From positions 23,190,001-23,254,000 of the forward strand of contig NC_087245.1 in NCBI RefSeq assembly GCF_037042905.1: DNA of 64,000 nucleotides, in the 5' to 3' direction. This stretch comes from Lytechinus pictus. Taxonomy: Eukaryota. How positions within the stretch are numbered: the stretch's first letter is position 1; each line of letters opens with the position of its first letter. This document shows, in pieces, positions 53,381 through 64,000 of this stretch. Below the pieces are notes generated by a model. The model was not told the origin of the DNA and did no database searches. It was given only the letters and a program-made list of their open reading frames with translations. The position numbers and the translations under genes are program-made.

Positions 53381-55381
53381 CCCGATCAGTGGCATCGGGG
53401 AAGATGATTGCGTTGGGCACTTCGCATACGTGCGATCAGTCTAAAAGCGAACTATTATACTTTTTTGGCTCGTTCAGACACGAAACGCGTGAGTTGTGTT
53501 TTTCTGGATTAAGAAAATAACTCTTTTATATTACCTTTTTTTTTAGTTTAAAATATCGTGCTCTCGAATATATGTCTTAATTTTCGCACGACTAAGGATT
53601 CCGGTTTAAAGGATTATTGGGGCGATCCAAGTTTTTTTTTTAGAGGAAGGGGAGGGGTGGTGAATATAAAGAATGTAGAGAGGCTCCGGTGAAATACGTG
53701 AATAAGGTATAAATTTGATCAATAAAAATCGCGTTGTTAGTATTTTATTCGCATGTGAGGGGCCTTTAAAACAATAAAATAATGGCTGTATAAAGCCCTC
53801 TCTATTATACCATCAATCGTTTCTTCTCAATCTATCTGTCTCTCTCTCTCTCTTTATATCTTAGTTTCCCCTTGTTTCTTGAATAGATATTTGGACTATC
53901 ATAGGCCTGTGCACCGACAAATTTTGTAATTGTTTCTTACAATGAATACTGTTGAAAAACTGTGGCCAAAATGTGATTTTCGTCTATTGTGAGTGATCAT
54001 TATTTTGAAGTAAAAGTATTGATTACGAAGACCCCCGCCCCCTTCACACTCTTGCGTTGTCAAGGTATTATTGTTTAAGCCTCTCCGCTATAATACTTCT
54101 AGTTTAAATTAATAAATGAATGTGAAATTGTAAACTTAAATACATATGACATTCATATACCGCCACTGGCAGGTCAGAAGGCTCACGGGGCAGACTGTAC
54201 CAGTGTATTCATTTATCCAAATATTCTGGAAGATATTCTGAACTTCGTTCATTCGTCCTGTAGCTTAAATCAGTGTATATATCCTCCAATGCACCTTTGT
54301 CTAACAAAACTAGATTCGACTCTACTTGTATTAATTTTTCAAAGCTAATTTCCAATCCTGTCGGTATCAGCTGTTGTCATTGTCATGGCTTGGGGTCTGC
54401 AGATTTCATGATACAAGAGAGATATCCCAAATTTTGCACGTATATAATTAATATTTCATCGGAATCTTGTCACTTAGACAGAAAAATTTCGAGGGAAAAA
54501 CTGCACAAAGATGGTATCATTAGCAGACTTTGATCTCATTGTAGCTGCATTGGAAAACGGAAAAGAAACAGGAGAAGAGGGAGAAGAAGAAGAAGAAGGA
54601 GAAGAGGAGGAGGAAGAAGAATAAAGGGAGGGAAGGAAAAATATGTAATAGATGATGAAGAAAAAGACGAAAACAAGAACTGTCGTAATTATTCTTATTG
54701 TTTTCAGATTGATTTTCATAAAGATTGAGAACATATGCCAACCCTACCACGTCTCAGATTTGATGTCACTAATTAGCAACTCCCAATGTGTGTAGCATGC
54801 AGAGTCTGGTATTATTGTTAGATAATTTTGTTCATGAAATTCCATCTAAACACATTTATTACGACCTAAAGCAGGCGGATGATTTTGTAACGAACTTAAT
54901 GATGCACAGCTCATAATTATGTCTGTCCTGGGAAATAAATACACACAATCTCAAGACATTCCGTCACACTATTTCCGTATCAAATAGAGGGGGTTTCGAC
55001 AGGGGACAGAAGGTGACGGCCCCTTATGGTTTTCAAGTGAAAAAAACAGAAGTTTGAAAAAAGGTAAGGCTTACGGGTCTTGTGACTCTTGTCCCCCCCC
55101 CCCCTATCCCGGATTAAAAAAAATATACTGGAGCCGCCCCTGCTTTTTACACTCCAACATGATCATGATATACAATATTAGTTATATGTATCAGGTGCGT
55201 TAACTTTTAATTGCTCAGTGTTAAAACAGCATTTTCGACTCGCCGTATGGCGCTCGTAGGGGAAATGTGACTGAGGTATTACCAAGAAAACACTGCACGC
55301 TCAGGAGAGATCAGCTTGGCATACTTAGCATGGAGTCATGTTAATGAAGTGAACGCTGGATTACCAGTAGTTGCTTTTGGG

Positions 55382-56326
55382 ATGATGGCAGATAAACCTG
55401 AAATAGCAATGAATGTAACGGCAGCTGATATCAATGTCTTTATCGTCCCAGCGACTATCATTTTTATGATGACACCTATCGGTCTTATTGGAAATGGTCT
55501 GGTGCTGGCCGCTGTTTTTCTTTCAGCCAAACTCCGAACAAAAACGAATGTTTTTATCGTCAGCCTAGCACTAACGGATCTTCTAAACTGTGCCTTCTTC
55601 CCAGTTCAAGCCGTTTCTCTTTTGAGCGAGAATGGACCCAATTTGGGCCAACAACACCTCTGTGCAGTTTCCGCTGCCATCACCATCTTTACGGTGCTAG
55701 CAAGCATTAATAATATGGCGCAGATCGCCGTGAATAGATGGATCAAAATAACGCGATCAAGTGTAACATACAGTCGAATTTATAATCGAAGGAATATGTT
55801 TTTCATGATTCTTGTTTCCTGGGCCATTCCTGTGTGTATTGTTACGGTGCCACAATTGACAGGCATTGGGCAGTTGGGCTATTCGTCATCGTTTAAGGTC
55901 TGTCTTTGGAAAGATGATACAGTATCTTACGAATATATGATCACAACTATGGCCGTCCCGAGCTTCATTGCCGCCGTAACATTCCTAGGTGCATATATCA
56001 GCATTGGCTTGTTTATATGGAAAAGAAAACATCAGCTTCAGCAAAGTCGCGAAAAGGAAATCACGGTCACCAAAACGATTGGGATTATCGTGTGCATGTT
56101 CTTCTTGTGCGTTGTGGCTTTCGCAATCTGCGTCACTATCAGACTTGATCCGATTCCTCTAACATTCTCTTCGGTGTTAGTCTTTGCCAATTCGATCGTT
56201 AACCCATTTGTTTATGCTTTCAAACAGTCAATATTTCGTCAGACGTTTCTATGTGTTATAAAATGTCGTTTTGGAGATGTACCTGATCCGTCTCGTGAGC
56301 TCAGATACTTTTTGCGTCGTCGCTAA
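55382..56326 (+). CDS. Intronless orphan class A (rhodopsin-like) GPCR, melatonin-receptor/Moody/GPR84-like type, 314 aa
   Basis: GLIGNGLV (TM1), TNVFIVSLALTDL (TM2), IAVNRW (DRY variant), ECL2 Cys, NSIVNPFVYA (NPxxY), helix 8 FRQTF. The ORF track start at 55316 is a TTG; first in-frame ATG is 55382. Confidence 0.92.
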   Translation: MMADKPEIAMNVTAADINVFIVPATIIFMMTPIGLIGNGLVLAAVFLSAKLRTKTNVFIVSLALTDLLNCAFFPVQAVSLLSENGPNLGQQHLCAVSAAITIFTVLASINNMAQIAVNRWIKITRSSVTYSRIYNRRNMFFMILVSWAIPVCIVTVPQLTGIGQLGYSSSFKVCLWKDDTVSYEYMITTMAVPSFIAAVTFLGAYISIGLFIWKRKHQLQQSREKEITVTKTIGIIVCMFFLCVVAFAICVTIRLDPIPLTFSSVLVFANSIVNPFVYAFKQSIFRQTFLCVIKCRFGDVPDPSRELRYFLRRR

Positions 56327-59300
56327 CATGAGTAAGAAGATCATTTGCAAACCCTAGCTCGTCAACTAAAGTCAACTGGTTTCATCAAAGACATTTCAGA
56401 ACGGTGATTTAGAGGATCTACAAAAATGAAAAGTGGATTCAGTACTCAACCATCACGATTACAATATTTCTGATGGATTAAAAAAAAAAAAAACTATTTT
56501 TGTTTTTAGAGACTTTCTGAGGTGGTAGTCCTCAAGAATGAGGCTTGAAGTACATCTGAGCTTTATTCTTACAAACAAGATGAGGTACCTCATAAGCTCT
56601 AACAAATCACCTGAGCGGGAAGAGCGAGCTTGAGTTCTTATTGTATTTGATGTATTTAAAATGGAAATCGAACATTCTAAGCAGTTTCTGTTATTATGAA
56701 CAAAATGAGTATACGCAAAGTTTGGAACTACTAAGCACAGGCCTAAATGTTACAAAATTGTGTTATTGGTAACGCTGTCACACCACCCTTTTTTCAAACT
56801 AAATGACATGCCTTTTTTAATGCCTCAATAGTCACTTGTATTACATTGGACCCTAAAAGAAGTATAAAGTGTTCCACGTGTAGGTTGAATCCCTGTCTCT
56901 CTTCTTTAAAAAAAAAAACTTCTCTTTTAATTGCTCATAACCAATATATTCTTCCCTTTCGAGTTCATTTCCCAACCCCCTCCTCCTATTTCCCTTTTCC
57001 TAATCTTACCTTCTATTCTTCTTTTCACTCTTTTCTCATCATTTTTCTCTTTCTACTTCACTTCTCCTAATTCTCCTTTTTATTCTATTTCTTCTGCTCA
57101 ACTAATCTGCTTCCTCCTCTTAATTCTCTTTCTTCTCCCCATCACACTCAAATATCAAATTACAGACTTTAAGATGGAAGAGTACTTTCAATGAAATAAT
57201 GTAGTAATGAAATATGGTAATGAATGAATTTGAATTTTTCAATCCTACTTTAATACATGTGTAGAAATTGAGATAAGGTTTAATTCAAATAAACTACAAT
57301 CACATGTCCTCAAACTTAAAAGTATAAAATACAGGGCTTGTGAGCAATTTTTTGTTCTCTTCATAGAAAAATTATTAACTATGCGCAGTTGGCTATAATG
57401 CAGTCAACCAAAGATATGTCAGATCAATAAATAAAGATACATGATACAAGGAACTTGGTAGATTTTTGAAGATAAGAAATTGAGGAAAAACAATATTCTA
57501 CATTTGCAGAGGCATCAAATAAAAAAAAGTATTGATGCGTACATTAACATGTATCATCTTTTTAATGAACGATAAAATCATCTGTACATATCATATTCAA
57601 ACAATTTACATGTCAATGTGTATCATAACAAATTCTCTTTCTTTGAACAAAAATATAAATATAAACTGAAAGAGATGGTTTTGTACAAATTTTCATACTT
57701 GCTGTTCTTTCTTTCCTAGATTTCATTACTAGCGGCAGCCAGAGGTAAAATGTATTCACTCCTATTTGGGACCAGACTGTTGTTGTTTTTCTTTATTTTG
57801 CCAGACCAATAGATGATCCCAGTACAATTAATAATAGACTGTCATCTTAAAGTAATTCAGGTATGCTAATAATTGCATAGAATAAAGGACTGCATGTTTA
57901 CCAAAGGCCCAAGTATATATTCTGTCCAACTCCCATTTCTTGATAACTAAAGTTCATGTTTATGAGCTAGCATATGAGCCAGCTCGATAGAATACACTAG
58001 CTTCGATTAGGTATATCTTCTCCAAAACAAATGATGAAGATAAATGATCACAATTGTTTGACTATGACTTCAGTTGGGTAAATGTGGCAAAAGTTCAGCT
58101 TCACCATAGATTTTCCTGGTTGTCATACCCCCTCCGATGTCATTCAATGATATACGACCTTTGTGCTATTAACTATCTAGGAACACTGTATGGTCAAAAG
58201 TAACAATCCTCTGGGCCGATGATCTTAAAACCATGTGTGTGTAGTATATAAACATGACCTCCATCATCTTGGCTCTGCATCGTCATCATCATATTCTCCT
58301 TCACCAAAATCTGCCCTCTATCCTTAGAACATACTGTTTGGTAATCATTGCACAATGTAAAGATCTGCACGGATAGCTCCTCCATAACTAGTTTAGAATA
58401 TTACTACCTGGGATTTTGATGTACAGTTATCACACTTGATACATAATTTTCTCACATCATCATCTATGAATGGCACTTTCAGGTGAAAAAAAAATCATAT
58501 GATTGGGCTGTTTATGAACAGTACATATTATAGCCTTATTTTGGCCATTATAAAACCCAAGCCAATATGTTAATTCTCATCCTATTAAACTGTGGATAAG
58601 ATGCTGTTTGATATCTGCCCTGATTTGGTTGAGAATACTTGTAGAGGTTACTAACTATATGCACAGTACACTACTATGCTTCAAAAGCAGTTTGTCTCAA
58701 GCTTCATGGGAATGAATTATAATTCACTGACACACCAGACTTAAGTGCTATATAAATGTTGCATATTGTTTGTATTATTATTATCATCATTATATATAAA
58801 GTCATTGGAAATTAGATAGTGACCATATGACAACCGCGTAGCCAGGATTTGATTTTGGAGGGGGCGGTAAATGCACGCGAAGCGTGCCAACACTTACAGA
58901 GCGCGCGAAGCGCGTTCCCTAGGGGGTGGGTCAAGCCCCCGAAGCTACCGCCATTTTGTTTAATCCATTAGAAGCTAAAATAAGCCCTCATTAATATTAA
59001 TTTCGTACGATGCTCCCACGTCAACTGTGGTTTTGTACGTGTATTAGACAATACGCACATCAGCGCAATGACAAAGGTCAACTTGGCAAATTCATTAATG
59101 TATTCATTTTGTTACGCGCTCGTGACGCGAAGGATTCAGCGAATCAAGCAAGCGCAAATCTGAGACGATACGTTGCGCTCTATAAAGTATCGATATCACA
59201 AGCGATATCACTTATAAACAAATCATTGTTTGTATTGCGTCTTATAGGCCTTTGCTAATTCCAAAAGGGAAGATGAAAAGGGTAGATCGAGTCGTGATTA

Positions 59301-59504
59301 GGTAAAGAGGTCTCTACTCTAGTGCTTTTGCCATCCCTAAATCGTAATTACCATACTTGTAACTCGTGATGAAACGGGCCCCAATTTATCATGTTTAATA
59401 CGTTTCCTGTCCCCTTTATTCTCCAGCATTTCTTACTCTAATTTTTTTTCCATTTAATCATTTTCCCACTCAAAATTCTTTTGTGCCGCCTTTCTCCTAC
59501 ATAT

Positions 59505-60326
59505 GTAGAGCTCATTTTCAAAAGGGGTTAGGTCCATTTTTCATCAAACTTGATTCTTATGTCTTAATGTAAAGATTTTTAGTAGCTATATAAGATGATA
59601 CCATAGAAAAGTTGAAATTCCTATTAAAAAGTGAACTAATATGGCAAAGAAAAATCACCTTTTTTCAAAAGGGGTTAGGTCCATTTCAGTTTAGTTGCAA
59701 AAGGGGTTAGGTCCACACATACTTTTTTTGGAAAATAATATCTTAAAAAATATGAAGACAAGTAAATATCTTTTATACCCAATTTCATGTTCTCATGGTA
59801 GGGTATCATGAAAATTCAGTTTCGCATAAGAATATATTGCAATATGGGAGAATTAAAAAAGAATTATTTTCTTGGAGTGGACCTAACCCCTTTTGCAACT
59901 AAACTCTTCTGAAGAACTCATTTGTCAAAAGGGGTTAGGTCCATTTTTCATATATTTTATTGTTTTCTGTCTCTAATTAAACCTCTAAATTTTCAGTCAC
60001 TCTGATGATACCAAAGAAAATTTGAAATTCAAATGAAAACGTGAATGGAAGTGGCAAAAAAAACACTTTTTTTTATCAAAAGAGATTGGATTCACTTCAA
60101 TTTACTTGCAAAAGGGGTTAGGTACACAATGATATTTTTTTTAAAGTATATAGAAAAAAATTGAAGACAGGTAGATTTCTTTTATACCCAATTTTATGTT
60201 CACTGTTCACATGATAGAGTAGTACATCATGACAATTTAGTTTCTCATAAGAATATTGCAATAAGTGAGAATAAAAACATGGTTTTTCTCGGAATGGTCC
60301 TAACCCCTTTTGCAACTAAACTCTTC
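59505..60326. mobile_element. Head-to-tail dimer of a ~410-bp TIR element (Sola-like)
   Basis: Units 59505-59909 and 59911-60326; repeated AAAAGGGGTTAGGTCCA with inverted copy TGGACCTAACCCCTTTT; flanked by ATAT (59501-59504, 60327-60330). Confidence 0.75.
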
Positions 60327-60840
60327 ATATATTTCCTTCTTCTTTTCCCACTTGTTATCTGTCTCCTGGTTACCATAAATCTTGTCTTATTTCTCTTCCA
60401 CCCCTTTTGTTCCTACTTCCCACTTTCTAGCTCTCTTACCACCCCCTCTAAATTATCTCTTCATATGTGCCCCTCCATTTCTTTCTCATCTCTTTTCAAC
60501 CCACTTCTCATCACTCTTTCCCTCTCTCGATCTTCATCTCATTTTCAATTTTGCCAATTCCAAGTCCCTTTCATTTTAGCTCTGTACAAATACTATATGA
60601 ACAAAAATGAAAGACATAAAGGAATTCTCTGGTTAGTGGTGAATTTTATTAATTAGCCATAAAAAAATATTACATTATCAGAGGATTAAGCTTTACCTTT
60701 TTCTTAAGCGTATGTTAATACTTTGAACCAAAATAATTTTTTTGTATGCTGGGGCAGCGATCCTGGGGAGGAGTGGGGGGGGGGGGGGGGCACAGTTCCC
60801 CCTACTTCTTGAAGCACTGAAAAGTGCCTTTTTATGCAAG

Positions 60841-61798
60841 ACAAGTGGAATGCCTCTGGCCGTCTCACCTGCATCACGCGATTCAATATAGCAGCAGTGC
60901 TGATTTTGAAAACTACTATAACTCGCACAAGATGTTCAGTGATACTTGGTTACTCTTATTTCCACGTTTTATGAACTAGACCAATACACTTATAGAGATA
61001 TGATGGCAATTCAACAAATACCCCCAACGTGGCCAAAGTTCTTTGACCTTACATGACCTTTGACCTTGATCATGTGACCTGAAACTCGCACAGGATGTTC
61101 AGTGATACTTGATTACTATTATGTCCAAGTTTTATGAACTAGACCAACACACTTTCAAATTTATGGCTGTAATTCAACAAATACCCCAATTTGGCCAAAG
61201 TTCATTGACCCTAAATGACCTTTGACCTTTATCATGTGACCTGAAACTTGCACAGGATGTTTAGTGATACTTGATTACTATTATGTCCAAGTTTCATGAA
61301 TCAGATCCATAAACTTTCAAAGTTATGATGGTAATTCAACAGATACCCCCAATTTGGCCAAAGTTCATTGACCCTAAATGACATTTGACCTTGGTCATGT
61401 GACGTGAAACTCAAGCAGGATGTTCAGTAATACTTGATTAACCTTATGTCCAAGTTTCATGAACTAGGTCCATATATTTTCTAAGTTATGATGACATTTC
61501 AAAAACTTAACCTTAGGTTAAGATTTTGATGTTGATTCCCCCAACACGGTCTAAGTTCATTGACCCTAAATGACCTTTGACCTTGGTCATGTGACATGAA
61601 ACTCAGGCAGGATGTTCAGTAATACTTGATTAACCTTATGGCCAAGTTTCATGAACTAGGTCCATATACTTTCTAAGTTACGCTGTCATTTCAAAAACTT
61701 AACCTCAGGTTAAGATTTGGTGTTGACGCCGCCGCCGCCGCCGCCGTCGCCGTCGGAAAAGCGGCGCCTATAGTCTCACTCTGCTATGCAGGTGAGAC
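60841..61798. mobile_element. Helentron-associated non-autonomous element (HINE/DINE-1/pearl-like) with satellite core
   Basis: Begins ACAAG; subterminal IR GTCTCACCTGCAT (60862-60874) / ATGCAGGTGAGAC (61786-61798); terminal hairpin 61773-61798; tandem units of 163, 162, 163 and 192 bp with TGACCTTTGACC; (GCC)n microsatellite; inserted in an A-run with no TSD. Confidence 0.85.
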
Positions 61799-62370
61799 AA
61801 AAAATGCCCCCTCACGAACGTGTACTGTGTCCCTTTCACCTGACGAGAACCTGTTTTAGGTGTTACCAAGTGCTCTTCCTTGTATGCAATTTTTTTAACC
61901 GAAAAATGCCCCCCCCCCCCGGAACGTGTTCTGTGCCCTTTCATCTGAGGGCCCGTTTCATGTGTTAACCCTTGCCTTCTTGTAAGTGCCCTTTCTCGAA
62001 TCACTGCCCCCTTTTTACCCAAGAAAAGTGCTCCTAAAGAACTTGTTCTGTGCCCCTTTCACCTGAGAAGGACCCGTTTTATGGTCACCATGACGATTGC
62101 CCTTTGAAACAAGAAAACAATATTCTCATTTCGATAATATACTTATGAAGGAAATCCTTTGTGCATTAAGTTTAATAATTCATGGGTGGGGTATATAAGC
62201 AGTTTCGTACAGATGGAGGGGGGCTTGAATGACTCTTGCCCCCCCCCCCCCCCCAAAAAAAAAAAAAAAAGTCAAAATTTTGCTCGCTCGCAACTTCTTA
62301 AAAATTTCATGTAATACAGCATTTTCCCTATGCCCCCCCCCCCATTTTCAACTTCACTCCGCCGCTCCTA
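61799..62370 (-). mobile_element. Second (inverted) copy of the GGGCAC-repeat element, split by the HINE insertion
   Basis: Reverse-complement similarity to 26893-27780, e.g. AAACAAGAAAACAATATTCTCATTT and TTTCAACTTCACTCCGCCGCTCCTA. Confidence 0.7.
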
Positions 62371-62499
62371 TTTGTATGTTTATAGCTTCTCCTTTTGCAA
62401 CCAGTTTTAATGAAAATCAACAAGAAATTTCATACGTCATGAATTTGGGGTTGTGATAATAATTTTTTTGTGTGTGAAAAATTGGACTTGGAAAAAAAA

Positions 62500-63669
62500 A
62501 ACCTTTTCCATCTTCATCAAGTGGTTCCTAAGTCAGACTCTTCAATGTTGAATTGTTGGATTTCTTGAATGAAAACATCTGTTACACCAGTCCTGCAGAT
62601 TGAAAAAATAGAGAAAGAAAATCAATGAATTTAAATTAAAATTGTCCTGATTTATGAAACTTAAATGTTTTAAGAAAAGTGAGACTATACATATATATGT
62701 TTCTTCAACACATAACAGGAAATCTTACTTCTACTAATTATAAACTTGTACTTCTATAAAGCATATCACTTAAACCTGTTCTATGCAGTTTACATACCAC
62801 TCTCCATTATAACGACATGTACTGTATGAAAAAATGCCAGAGATTTCTCATAAATATGAATATATGAATCAACATATGTAAATTATATAAATAGTCAAAA
62901 TTAAAGTTGATATGTTTTGTTGCACAGAAATATGATTAAAAACGACACTAACTATAATCTAAAAACAAAATTGAAATTGGTTTTTCAAAGGCAGGTCTAT
63001 TTGTTGCCAAAAAAATGTGAACAATCTCCATTATTAAAAATATTCACTAATTAACTCACTCATATAACTGCTGTAGGTTGTATTTTTCTTTGTGGTCTAG
63101 TCGCTGTTCTATTAGGCCTACTTCACCGATTATTTATTATCATCAATCACCTCCATGGAAATTGTAAAACTGCATCATCCTATTGGACAAAATGTAAAAT
63201 AACAAGATTTTTAAAAATTGTAAATCTACAAATATGAATATCACACTAAAGAATGCATAAAATGAATTTTGTAAAATATGAAAAATAAATATTGCTTTGT
63301 TTATAAACAAATAGGAAATAAAAAGGCCATTTAATTACTAGTAGATCAAGGACATGACCTTATTTTATAAATTTGCCCAAGGTACATAACTTTTGGCATT
63401 GGTTCTATTTTAGACTCGAGAGCCTTAGGCTGTATATTTAAGAAGTGTATATTCATTACAGATCCTACCTCTTTGTGGCTCAGATTATTTTTATTTAATG
63501 TAAACATGGTTAACATTTAATGCATGTAATGTATCTGTAATTTTGTATGGGTTAGTTTAAGTTTTATACCTGGATGAGAATCTGCAAAATGATGCATGCA
63601 CTTATATGATCATCATCTTGAACCATATAGGTAGACCTCTACTGTTTTTTCTTGTTCTTCAAACTCAAC
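62500..63669 (-). other. Possible terminal/3'-UTR exons of a minus-strand transcript starting outside the window
   Basis: Strong polypyrimidine-CAG acceptors before 63669 and 62592 and a GTATAA donor after 63570; all frames stop quickly. Confidence 0.3.
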
Positions 63670-64000
63670 CTGTTTGTGAAAGAAGAGAGAGAACAATAGT
63701 AAGAAGTGATCTTTTTCATGGCCGTATGTATAGGGGGAGGGGTTTGGGTAAGAGCTGAAATGTGAAAACCTTCATCAAAAAGAGAATTACTTGACATCCT
63801 TCAATTTTACGTTAGAAAATGCACAAAACGGCCCTAGGTAATATTGGTCACTTCTGGCCCTCGCTTTCTGCATTTTAGGTTTCTCTAATTTTTTTCACAT
63901 GTCTGCCCCCCCCCCCCCCAAAAAAAAAAAAAAAAAAAAAACTGGATCTTTTTATTTCCAAATCTCATTTCATTAGATTTTAACATAATTTCATAATCTC

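Noticed and set aside
60920..61720. Regularly spaced repeats superficially like a CRISPR array
   Set aside because: Whole 162-192 bp units repeat with no unique spacers, no cas genes, eukaryotic context; explained as the HINE satellite core.

Overview
AT-rich eukaryotic (animal) genomic DNA, most likely a sea urchin or other echinoderm; this is inferred from the gene families and repeat types, not proven. Four protein-coding genes are supported. (1) An intronless Frizzled-5/8 (4505-6184, +), followed by a ~23 kb gene-free region. (2) A 10-coding-exon SLC17/sialin-family transporter (37682->29117, -, 533 aa by manual splicing). (3) A 7-exon gene largely invisible to the ORF track (53289->46280, -, 362 aa): signal peptide, Thr/Ser/Pro-rich stalk and a divergent farnesoic-acid-O-methyltransferase-like (Methyltransf_FA) C-terminal domain. 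(4) An intronless orphan class A GPCR (55382-56326, +), head-to-head with gene 3. The rest is dense in non-autonomous transposons, often nested: TTAA/AGG Kolobok(T2)-type MITEs, hAT-like elements with 8-bp TSDs, CACTA-like and Harbinger-like MITEs, a Sola-like tandem dimer, a Helentron-type HINE carrying a ~163-bp satellite, tRNA-derived SINEs and a decayed LINE. No prokaryotic-type system (CRISPR, operon) is present. The best candidates for novelty are the modular secreted FAMeT-like gene beside the orphan GPCR, the HINE whose empty site is visible elsewhere in the window, and the octamer/CRE-bearing MITE cluster around fzd5/8.
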